Sequence record: OR529409.1
Direction: 5' to 3' (one strand)
Length of the DNA: 64,000 nt
The notes under the pieces are model-generated. The model was not told where the DNA came from. It made no database searches and saw only the letters and a list, made by a program, of their open reading frames with translations. The translations under genes and the position numbers were made by a program. This document shows, in pieces, positions 47,024-55,587 of this stretch. Positions within the stretch are counted from its first letter, which is position 1; each line of letters starts with the position of its first letter.

Positions 47024-47057
47024 TAACTCCTACTCCCCATGCGGGGAGTAGGAGTTA
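47024..47057. terminator. Bidirectional terminator hairpin (ACTCCTAC family)
   Basis: TAACTCCTACTCCCC-ATGC-GGGGAGTAGGAGTTA between convergent genes. Confidence 0.85.
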
Positions 47058-47078
47058 GCAGTACTTATTTTTTTTTTC

Positions 47079-47975
47079 TTACAGCATGTATTCAGGAGCG
47101 GTAACTTTAGCCGCTTCACGAGTCATCGCAGCAAGAGTACCAGAATCGGTAAGACTCTGGAGAATCGCCGTAGGCTGTAGGAATCCGGATTCGGCACCGC
47201 GACCAGCTGGGTTATACATCGGGAGTTTGCTCAGGAAAGAACGAGCAATCTCTTTAGCGGCCTGGGTATCGAAATCGATCAGACCGGTGTATTCCATGTT
47301 GATGTCACGCATCTGACCGGCTTCGTCTTTGTTACGACGCATCTGGATTTCAACGGTGTTACGCGGCATGATACCTACTGCAAGAGCAGCATGGGCGACA
47401 TCACGCATATTACGCGTCGGTTCCAGATAAATGTTCGCACAAGAGATTTGGTCGATCAGGAGATCGCCTGGATCATCGAGGATAACTGCACGAGGATGGC
47501 CCAGATCCGGATCGTTCAAACCATACAGAGACCAGGAACGATGGAGGTTAGTATAAACCTCACCTTCGATATCCACGCCAGCATGGTTGATAACACCGAG
47601 GGTACGAGTACCGCCCGACGGCACGGAGAATACACGGCCAGAGAAACGCTGTTCTGCGAATTCGGTCTCAATACGTTCAGAGAGACCGGTGATTTCACGA
47701 CTGCGCGTTTCAAACCAGGATTTCGCCAGTGAGTGGAGGATGTTACCTGCCGGCATACGGCTAAACAACGCAGGGGTACTGATACAGAAGCACCAGGTCT
47801 GCTGTTGGATATGCGGATGCTCGGAGACCATGTTGGCGATATTGGGAGCCCAGCCATACTGGCCCCCTTGAGGGCCATTCAGAACAGGACGGTCGCCCAC
47901 GCCGAACGCAGAGTACCATTCAGAACTCCCAGGTACCAGCGTGCTTGTGTTCCTAAACGGAGTGTTGCTTGACAT
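47079..47975 (-). CDS. Tail tube protein (phiKZ gp30-like)
   Basis: 298 aa directly downstream of the sheath; GPQGGQYGW motif; biased codons. Confidence 0.8.
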   Translation of the reverse strand: MSSNTPFRNTSTLVPGSSEWYSAFGVGDRPVLNGPQGGQYGWAPNIANMVSEHPHIQQQTWCFCISTPALFSRMPAGNILHSLAKSWFETRSREITGLSERIETEFAEQRFSGRVFSVPSGGTRTLGVINHAGVDIEGEVYTNLHRSWSLYGLNDPDLGHPRAVILDDPGDLLIDQISCANIYLEPTRNMRDVAHAALAVGIMPRNTVEIQMRRNKDEAGQMRDINMEYTGLIDFDTQAAKEIARSFLSKLPMYNPAGRGAESGFLQPTAILQSLTDSGTLAAMTREAAKVTAPEYML

Positions 47976-47990
47976 TTAGAGTCACCTTAC

Positions 47991-50150
47991 TTAGGAGTTA
48001 GTGGTATCGAGATCTTCTTCGTTATACGCAGCAAGACTCATGTTCATCATGTACTTACCTTTACGGAACCAGACGTTACCAACGCTGTTCAGAACAGCTC
48101 GGCTACCAGCACCGGTTTCGTTGTAAGTGCAATCAACCCGGAGGTCTTTGAACATGGTACCCATACGACGACGGATAGCTGCTTCAGAAGTATCTTTGAC
48201 GGTTGATGCATAGGTCGCGGCATCAATAGTCGTATCACCGGATACCAGCGTCCACGCGTCAGCGATAACCTTCTCAATACAAACCGCAGTGAAGTTAGTG
48301 ATCAGGTCCTTCAACACGGCGTCGTTATCGTCATACACGGTTGGAAGCGCAGGACGGTAATACTGAGATGTGTTGTAAGGACGAAGACTGATACCACCTT
48401 CATCGAAGTTATTCGCAGCGGCGTCATCACCTTCGAAGTCCATGGTCGGAGAATGCATCTGGGTCAGAATGCGGTTATCGCCATGATCCGGAGAATTCAC
48501 CGAGCTCAGGTTACCGGAGCTGTTACCGCCAAGACGAGCGAAGAAGTAAGCCAGGTCCAGCGTTTGCGGGAATTCAAGGCCGGTGCTTTCGTCGATGATC
48601 TTAGCATCCCACAGGGAGATAGCTGCACGGGACGCCGGAGTGCCGTAAAGCGAAGATTCCGGATACAGACGAATCTTAGTCGCCAGAGACTGCATCATGG
48701 AATAACGCTGGGCGATGGTATTGTCTTCCAGCCATTCGGAAGCCTGCAGGATCAGAATCTGATCTTTGCGGGTGTTCCAGAGTTCGATCAGCGCGTTCTT
48801 AATATCCAGGTTATAACCCACGTCCCAGATAACGGATTGACGGTTGCGCGTCCAATCGTTAACAGTGGATGATTGGGCATAAGCCTGAATATCGGCCAGA
48901 TACAGAGACTGGGCTACAGTCCAAGCGTCTTTGATGTTCAGCTGGTCGATATGGCCGTTGTTGGTCGCCGGGTCGAAGTTGTAAGTTCCTTCAACCGGAA
49001 CTGGCGTAGTCCGATCTGCTTTCAGGAACGGAGAGATGCCGCCAGCCGCGTCAATGTAACCGGAGTTAGCGAACGGGTTAGCGTCATCCACCAACATACA
49101 CGCATAATACGGAACGTTGGTATGGTTGGTCAGCGTGAACGGGTTCATCTGACGAATTGGGTTGACACCCGTTACGTTAACAAGCGCTGATTTACCAGCA
49201 GCCAATTCCGCCGCATACAACGCCGCACAAACTTCCTGGATGTTCTGATCGTAAACCTTGACTTCGTAGAACGGAGCAGGGCGCAGAGTCACCTGACGGT
49301 TGACGTTAGCGTTGGTGAAGTCACCCACTGCAGTCGCCAGGCTGTAACGAACATCGTACTTGTCTTTGGTGTTGAACAGCGTGTACGTTGCCGATTCACC
49401 GCCATTAACGTTGGAGAAGAAAGTCGGGACGCCCGTAGAAGATTTTACGTACATTCTCATTGAGAACGGGAACACGCCGTATTCTTCAACGAAATCTGAC
49501 ACCGAATCCCAATCCGTGGAAGCATTGAGGCCCATGGTCAAACCGTGCAGGTTATATGCGTCACCAACACCAGCCGGAAGTTCGAAGAACGGATACTGAG
49601 TAAACGTAACTTCTTCCCCGTTCACCGTTTCGGTGAACGTCGATTTTACGAGCTTGCCGTATTCTGGCGTAGTCGGCGCGGTAACGTCGAGCTTAACCAG
49701 TTTAACGTAAACGCCCGGCACCGCGGTACCACCGGTAACAGGGATCAGTTCACCATCGTCGTCGAAAAGATAGCTGCCGTCAGTCGCACGCTGATACTGA
49801 GGAATAGATGTACCGTTCCCGATAGCGATAGCGTAAGCAACACGAGCTACTACGGTGTTGGCGGAAACACGGCGTACACCAAAACCACCCTGACCGCCGG
49901 AGGTGATCATCGAGATCAGCTGAGATACCGCGGAGTAATAAGGGGTATCAGGATCCAGGATATCGCCGTAAAGATTGGTAAAGTCACTTGAGTTTATGAA
50001 ACTCTGTCCGAGTTCACCCTTAGGGGTGACTACGGGAATAACCGGGTAATGACAAGGATACGTAGGCAGAGACGTTACCGGGTTTAAGCGGCTCTTATCG
50101 TCCATACCGTTATTGATGACTTGTCCCGGAATGATTTTTGTAAAGCTCAT
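47991..50150 (-). CDS. Tail sheath protein (phiKZ gp29-like)
   Basis: 719 aa; IPGQVINNGMDDKS N-terminus, WDVGY and PTVY motifs; synteny with terminase. Confidence 0.85.
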   Translation of the reverse strand: MSFTKIIPGQVINNGMDDKSRLNPVTSLPTYPCHYPVIPVVTPKGELGQSFINSSDFTNLYGDILDPDTPYYSAVSQLISMITSGGQGGFGVRRVSANTVVARVAYAIAIGNGTSIPQYQRATDGSYLFDDDGELIPVTGGTAVPGVYVKLVKLDVTAPTTPEYGKLVKSTFTETVNGEEVTFTQYPFFELPAGVGDAYNLHGLTMGLNASTDWDSVSDFVEEYGVFPFSMRMYVKSSTGVPTFFSNVNGGESATYTLFNTKDKYDVRYSLATAVGDFTNANVNRQVTLRPAPFYEVKVYDQNIQEVCAALYAAELAAGKSALVNVTGVNPIRQMNPFTLTNHTNVPYYACMLVDDANPFANSGYIDAAGGISPFLKADRTTPVPVEGTYNFDPATNNGHIDQLNIKDAWTVAQSLYLADIQAYAQSSTVNDWTRNRQSVIWDVGYNLDIKNALIELWNTRKDQILILQASEWLEDNTIAQRYSMMQSLATKIRLYPESSLYGTPASRAAISLWDAKIIDESTGLEFPQTLDLAYFFARLGGNSSGNLSSVNSPDHGDNRILTQMHSPTMDFEGDDAAANNFDEGGISLRPYNTSQYYRPALPTVYDDNDAVLKDLITNFTAVCIEKVIADAWTLVSGDTTIDAATYASTVKDTSEAAIRRRMGTMFKDLRVDCTYNETGAGSRAVLNSVGNVWFRKGKYMMNMSLAAYNEEDLDTTNS

Positions 50151-50186
50151 GCTCTAAGCCTCATATTCGGAAAACGTTTTATTAAG

Positions 50187-50210
50187 ATATTTTTTTGATC
50201 AAAAAAATAT
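50187..50210. repeat. Perfect 24-bp palindrome in the divergent late control region
   Basis: ATATTTTTTTGATCAAAAAAATAT; a second palindrome AAAACGTTTT lies at 50171..50180. Confidence 0.9.
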
Positions 50211-50308
50211 AGATGGCCGGCAATCGTATGTCTAGAGTCACCATAAGTTACTCTCGTTTAATTTAACCGAACCCGGCACATAACATTCAACATAAGGAGC
50301 GGGGAGTC

Positions 50309-51187
50309 ATGCTTCTCAACGCATACGAAACCACAGTTGGCAAACCCTTTGCGATCATGGATAAAGTCCAGGGCGTCCTAAAATCGTTAGCGACGATGGA
50401 TGACTTAGACCATTCCAGTAAAGAAGGGGTTTATTTCATTACTTATGAAAACGGCAGCCAGCTTCCTCTTTTTATTTTCCCTTTAAGTTTATTGGATCAT
50501 CAGCGTCGTAAAATCACCGTTGTTGACAAGCGCCCCTTCTCCAATAAAAAAGACATCATCATTAGCCCTGTGGAATTTATCGGGCAGTTCACCGCGGCGT
50601 GCATTCAGCAAGATGCGTTTGAAGGTAACTTAAACACCATCAAAAATTCTCGTTATCTGACGACTCGCGGATACGCCAAATCCCTCAGCAATCGCATTGG
50701 GCGTCAGAGCGGTTTAGACCCAAGAGAAATGATTGAGCTCGCCATCATTCTAGGTCACTTCTTTGTGTGTCTCACAGAGAAGCAAAACGACGATTACCAG
50801 TTCGTTAGCGCCAACGTACTGAAAAATGCGTTGCAATTAGATCAGAGTATGACTCAGCCTATTATTGAAGAGATGGGGTTCATTTCAACCATCCCTGAGC
50901 TGACCAAATATATCGCTGATCGTCCTGGCTTTTTCAAACTGAAGAATTTCACTCAAAAAGATTTTATCGGTTTGGGAAGCAACATTATCTTCAGTAACCT
51001 CGGCAAACAGGTTGTTGGTGCAGCTCTGGAACACCCTCCATTATTTACCGGATTGTGTTTTATGGCGCTGAAGAACAGAATGTACCTTCAGACTGTTTTG
51101 GGTCAGCAAATTGATCCTAAGTACAACGAAAGATTAACCGATAGCTTTGTTAAAATGATCAACGGGAATTATCCCGTCCAACTTTAA
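50309..51187 (+). CDS. Putative virion structural protein (phiKZ gp28-like)
   Basis: 292 aa, first gene of the operon divergent from the sheath; synteny. Confidence 0.7.
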   Translation: MLLNAYETTVGKPFAIMDKVQGVLKSLATMDDLDHSSKEGVYFITYENGSQLPLFIFPLSLLDHQRRKITVVDKRPFSNKKDIIISPVEFIGQFTAACIQQDAFEGNLNTIKNSRYLTTRGYAKSLSNRIGRQSGLDPREMIELAIILGHFFVCLTEKQNDDYQFVSANVLKNALQLDQSMTQPIIEEMGFISTIPELTKYIADRPGFFKLKNFTQKDFIGLGSNIIFSNLGKQVVGAALEHPPLFTGLCFMALKNRMYLQTVLGQQIDPKYNERLTDSFVKMINGNYPVQL

Positions 51188-51192
51188 AAGGA

Positions 51193-53796
51193 ATGGACAT
51201 GAGTGTGTCGTTGGTTCAACCAAGAACTGACTTGATACGTTACGCCGAGTCCAATATGTGGTCGTCTCCCTATAACGATCAACAATTCAGGCTGGAGCTA
51301 CAACGTATCAGTCCCCCAGTAGGGTTGGTCAATACCTTTACGTATATGGGTAAAGGGAGAGGATTACCTGATTCTACTACCCCTCATCACGTCTATACTC
51401 TTAGTGGTACCTCGCTAGGGTACTGGAACTTCATCAACAAAAATATAAAAACTAATCCAGTTGATACCTGGGTGAGAGTTGATTGGCTCAGCCATCAGCG
51501 TGGTGTTTATATTGAACTTTATCGCCCGGACGGCAGAATCTATCCAAGAGATTGCGCGTGGATCATGCGGACTTATGACGGGACACACCTTCTTTGTGTG
51601 GAACGTTTAACCAACTACCCGCTGCCATTAAACGATAACTTCTATCTACGGTGTTATACCCCTGATTGGGATATTTATCGTGGGGTGGAAGGAACCGACG
51701 AAAATAACGGGTTTCAGTATACCAGTTTCGTTGGTCCAACTCAGGCTAATCTCACGGCGCTCCAAACCCAACTCAATACGTGGAGTGGTTTAGGTGGATT
51801 ATCGTCCATTTATGTCGATGGAATAAAATGTCCGTCACTTCCTACAGTGTCGGCTGTTACGTCGAATACCATCGTAGAGATTTTCTACGATCCGACCGTT
51901 TATAGAGTCGATAACTACGACTTGAAAACTCTGCCGGACTTCTATTCTGATTTGGATAGCAAACGCAAATACATCGTTCACCCTCCTAAGGTTGAAGGTG
52001 ACTGGGCGTTCCGGTACTTCGACGATTGCGACATCTACATCACGACACCAGCCGGGAAAGGGTTATATTTAAATATCAATAGCCCTGATGCATTGCGTCA
52101 ACTCACTCACGCTGACTACAGTGTGAGCGCTGATTACGTCGCGACCCTTATTGATACCCTGACCGATCTTAAGAATCGAGACGATCTGAAACTGCAGGTG
52201 ATTTATCGCAGCACGAACTGGAGTCACGATCTCGTATGGGAAGCCAATCGAATCAGGTACCTTTACCGTCTTGATGATAATGGAATAATCAACGCAATGA
52301 CTGCGGTTCACTCCACGTTGCCTGAATGGACAGCCAGTGGTTTGGAAAATTCTTATTCCATGCTGATCAACAGACAGAAATGGGGTGAACTGACCGATGA
52401 GAATATCGTTAAAGCGTTAGGGTTTAATGCCCTGACACAAGCTTTAGCGTCATCACCAGTATCAATGCCCTACGTGGAAGGATACGCCGGTTACGACGTT
52501 CCTGTTAGCTTCCAGGAAGCTTGCGTGGCTTTTGAGTACGATGCCGATGGATTGCTCATCAACAATTATCCGTTGACTAACGCACTGAAATACGCTCCTA
52601 ACAATCCAACCTGCGCCATGGTGGAGTTCATCGCTGGTAGTCCGGCTATCACCAGACATCAAGTGATTGGGAGTGATCCGGTTACACTGTTGAGTAACTG
52701 GTCTTATTTAGCATTGCAATCCGGCCGGTTAGTTTCCACTGGGGAATCTGACGGGAAATGGGTACCTGCGGTATTGGGGACTGACTATACCGTTACCAAT
52801 GGTGTTCTTACCTGGATCCATGATTCAACAAACCGGATAGGTAGAGTTATCTTTAACGATGTTTTCCTTTACAAGGATTTCACGCTATCACATCTCGACA
52901 ACTCTATTTATTTCGCCATTACCGAAATATGGGAAGGCGGCGGAATAGCTGCGGACATCGCACCGGCTAACATCTATATTTGGATGAACGGTCATCCCCT
53001 CATTCTTAACGTCGATTACGTGATGGATTACCCTAGAGTGTTCATCAATAACAAGATGTATTTGAATGAGAGTGGGGAAAACGATTTTGTCGTGGCTGCG
53101 TTCGGGATCAGCACGAGTTTAACTCAGCCGGTAGAAGAATCTGAATTAGGTTATATCGTCGGCGGAACCATCGGGGTTAACGGGCGTTACAATATCCGGG
53201 ACGGAAGGGATACGAGGCTTATCGCTGCGGGTCGCTTATTCCCATCTGGCGGTATCGATGATTCAGAGCAACACGCTCCTCAGAACGCCGGTTATTCTCT
53301 CAACGGTTACCCGTATCAGGTTAAGCACGTTTATCAGACCGTTCAAAAAGCGGTGGATTTTAATAACTATCCTCGGTACGCCGAAGACAGGGATTTGGAT
53401 AATCGCATCTGTACTTACCTGACGACGTATTGTGAGAAACCAGGACCTATTGTTTGGCCTAACATCTCCGACAAATACAGATTGTTTAGTCCTTTCCTGA
53501 ATCAGATCGTAAATGCAATATTGCTGAAAATCATTACCATCCCTGCACCAACCACAGGTGGGGTATTCAGCAAACAGGTAATCAATGAGCTAACCAAAGA
53601 TTATCAATGGTTGCTTGATTACGATCCGGCTTTCTTGAAATACGACTTGCGGTATTACACAATCAATCCGTTTTCCATGGCGGGTATGCAAACTGTAACA
53701 ACCGCCCAGTTACTCTTCATCACTCAGGTTAACGAAATCTATCTCAATAGCGCGTGCGGCATAGAGGGATATTTTGAGGTAAATAATAATGTTTGA
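51193..53796 (+). CDS. Putative baseplate/virion structural protein (phiKZ gp27-like)
   Basis: 867 aa, aromatic/beta-rich; synteny. Confidence 0.7.
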   Translation: MDMSVSLVQPRTDLIRYAESNMWSSPYNDQQFRLELQRISPPVGLVNTFTYMGKGRGLPDSTTPHHVYTLSGTSLGYWNFINKNIKTNPVDTWVRVDWLSHQRGVYIELYRPDGRIYPRDCAWIMRTYDGTHLLCVERLTNYPLPLNDNFYLRCYTPDWDIYRGVEGTDENNGFQYTSFVGPTQANLTALQTQLNTWSGLGGLSSIYVDGIKCPSLPTVSAVTSNTIVEIFYDPTVYRVDNYDLKTLPDFYSDLDSKRKYIVHPPKVEGDWAFRYFDDCDIYITTPAGKGLYLNINSPDALRQLTHADYSVSADYVATLIDTLTDLKNRDDLKLQVIYRSTNWSHDLVWEANRIRYLYRLDDNGIINAMTAVHSTLPEWTASGLENSYSMLINRQKWGELTDENIVKALGFNALTQALASSPVSMPYVEGYAGYDVPVSFQEACVAFEYDADGLLINNYPLTNALKYAPNNPTCAMVEFIAGSPAITRHQVIGSDPVTLLSNWSYLALQSGRLVSTGESDGKWVPAVLGTDYTVTNGVLTWIHDSTNRIGRVIFNDVFLYKDFTLSHLDNSIYFAITEIWEGGGIAADIAPANIYIWMNGHPLILNVDYVMDYPRVFINNKMYLNESGENDFVVAAFGISTSLTQPVEESELGYIVGGTIGVNGRYNIRDGRDTRLIAAGRLFPSGGIDDSEQHAPQNAGYSLNGYPYQVKHVYQTVQKAVDFNNYPRYAEDRDLDNRICTYLTTYCEKPGPIVWPNISDKYRLFSPFLNQIVNAILLKIITIPAPTTGGVFSKQVINELTKDYQWLLDYDPAFLKYDLRYYTINPFSMAGMQTVTTAQLLFITQVNEIYLNSACGIEGYFEVNNNV

Positions 53797-55504
53797 TACC
53801 AGCACCACATCGACCACATCAAGTACGAGTGTTGCGGCGACGGGTCCTCAGTTACCTAACTCGAATGATCTACTCACCCCACTCGATATTTCCAACCTTT
53901 ACGATCCGGATACGGTAGCTGATTCTGATGCGTCCAAATACATCGTTGGTCGTGAAGGTCAAACAGTCATAGACGGATTGAACCAACGAGCTTACGTCAT
54001 TACTCACGTTGGGACCGAAGATGCGAAATACAAATCGACGTTAAAACGGATAGGATTCGTTACGGATAGCGACGACAACTCCAGTGATATCATCGGTTTA
54101 CCGGGTCGGTATGCCGGTGATGACGTACTGGGTATCGACTACAGTGTCAGACCCCCTCGTGCGGTTGTCAGCGGCCGGGTATGGGCTCCTGATGCAGCTT
54201 ATGGCTTGCTTTATAAAGGCGTGGTTATCGGTGATACCGGTCAGGTTATTTCTGTTCAATACGCGACTAACGGTGATTTGATTTCTAATCAGGTCCCGAC
54301 TAAATTAGCCGCGGTTAACAACATGACCAACCACAGCATCTTCACCACTACTGCGTTTTCGGTGACTCAGACTGCCGACGAACTCCCGGACGGAAGTTTG
54401 TGTACGCTGGTGTTCTTCGATGCGGCCGGTAACATGATTCCTGAACCTTATGAACTTGGCGTGATGCACACTGCGTTGCTGAGAGATCATCAGATCGGGA
54501 TCAAGTATGTTTCGGCTATTGAACTGATCTCTCCTTGGTTCACCGATACGACCGATCCTACTACGCTGAACATTCCTATCAACGTTGCGATGAGCTCGGT
54601 TCAATTCTCTGCGCGCATCCATTATAACGATGGATCAACCAAAGAGCAATTAATTGACGGGACCAAATGTGCGATCATCGGGCTCAACGAATACAAACCT
54701 ACTACGGTGGGTCAGCGTGCTTCGATCGTACTTCGCTATTCGTTCGATGAGGATGAACAGGCTTTAATTGCTACGCCTAATTATCCCGACATGATCACCC
54801 AGGCTTATCAGATCGTTTGTACTCAGGTTAACGGCGCTTACTCTCCAAAACTCTACACTTATCCGGTGTGGAACGGAACAGGGTATTCGCTCAAACATTA
54901 CCTGTACGATCTTACCCGCGGATATGCAACTGACGTTACTCAGCATGTTACACTCAACGACACGTCGCCAGCCTTCCAGCCGGCTAACTATGGCGTTCAG
55001 CAAGACATGGTGTTTAACCTGACGCTGTCAGACGTATCTTCGACGTTTAAAGCGTGGACGCTGGTACAACATACTTCTATTACGTTGTATAAAGCGAATA
55101 CCGGGACGGGTCGTCGTTGGGGTATTCAGTACTCTTCTGCGAATAATCCTTACGTCGCTTATAACGTCGGGTATACCGAAGCCAATGGTGTTCAGTCCAT
55201 TAACCTGGCTGGTTCCATCCTCACGATTTCTGATTGGTTGAATCGACTCTACTATCCGGTAGAACCATTGATCGATACCACGAAAGAATCGGCGGCTCTG
55301 GTTCCTAACTATATCCGGTTGGTAGACACTAACGGGGTTACTCACGACCTTGAAATCAACGATTGGAATAAACCTCAAGCTCTCACTTCTCCTGTTGCAA
55401 GTGGCCAAACCCTCTTCCTGCAATGGATTCAGAAATCAGAGAACGGGGCCGAACTCCAATTGGCGACCACAGGTGTTGTTGTAGACGTCGCTCCGAGCAA
55501 TTAA
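53789..55504 (+). CDS. Putative baseplate/virion structural protein (phiKZ gp26-like)
   Basis: 571 aa, T/S-rich; overlaps the previous gene; synteny. Confidence 0.7.
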   Translation: MFDTSTTSTTSSTSVAATGPQLPNSNDLLTPLDISNLYDPDTVADSDASKYIVGREGQTVIDGLNQRAYVITHVGTEDAKYKSTLKRIGFVTDSDDNSSDIIGLPGRYAGDDVLGIDYSVRPPRAVVSGRVWAPDAAYGLLYKGVVIGDTGQVISVQYATNGDLISNQVPTKLAAVNNMTNHSIFTTTAFSVTQTADELPDGSLCTLVFFDAAGNMIPEPYELGVMHTALLRDHQIGIKYVSAIELISPWFTDTTDPTTLNIPINVAMSSVQFSARIHYNDGSTKEQLIDGTKCAIIGLNEYKPTTVGQRASIVLRYSFDEDEQALIATPNYPDMITQAYQIVCTQVNGAYSPKLYTYPVWNGTGYSLKHYLYDLTRGYATDVTQHVTLNDTSPAFQPANYGVQQDMVFNLTLSDVSSTFKAWTLVQHTSITLYKANTGTGRRWGIQYSSANNPYVAYNVGYTEANGVQSINLAGSILTISDWLNRLYYPVEPLIDTTKESAALVPNYIRLVDTNGVTHDLEINDWNKPQALTSPVASGQTLFLQWIQKSENGAELQLATTGVVVDVAPSN

Positions 55505-55516
55505 GATTCGTTATCC

Positions 55517-55546
55517 TAACTACCGGTCTGAAAAGACCGGTAGTTA
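55517..55546. terminator. Hairpin before terminase
   Basis: TAACTACCGGTCT-GAAA-AGACCGGTAGTTA followed by a T-tract. Confidence 0.8.
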
Positions 55547-55587
55547 TATTTTATATCGAGACCGAGACAAACCGACAGGATAAAAAC

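Noticed and set aside
47086-49991. Many 60-150 aa plus-strand ORFs over the tail tube and sheath genes
   Set aside because: Shadow ORFs of highly expressed minus-strand genes.
55423-55587. N-terminal extension of terminase in the ORF track
   Set aside because: It overlaps the previous gene and a terminator hairpin; ATG 55588 has the RBS. Similar over-extensions were trimmed at 1382, 2864, 5464, 6426, 7065, 39645, 44658, 45438 and 63352.
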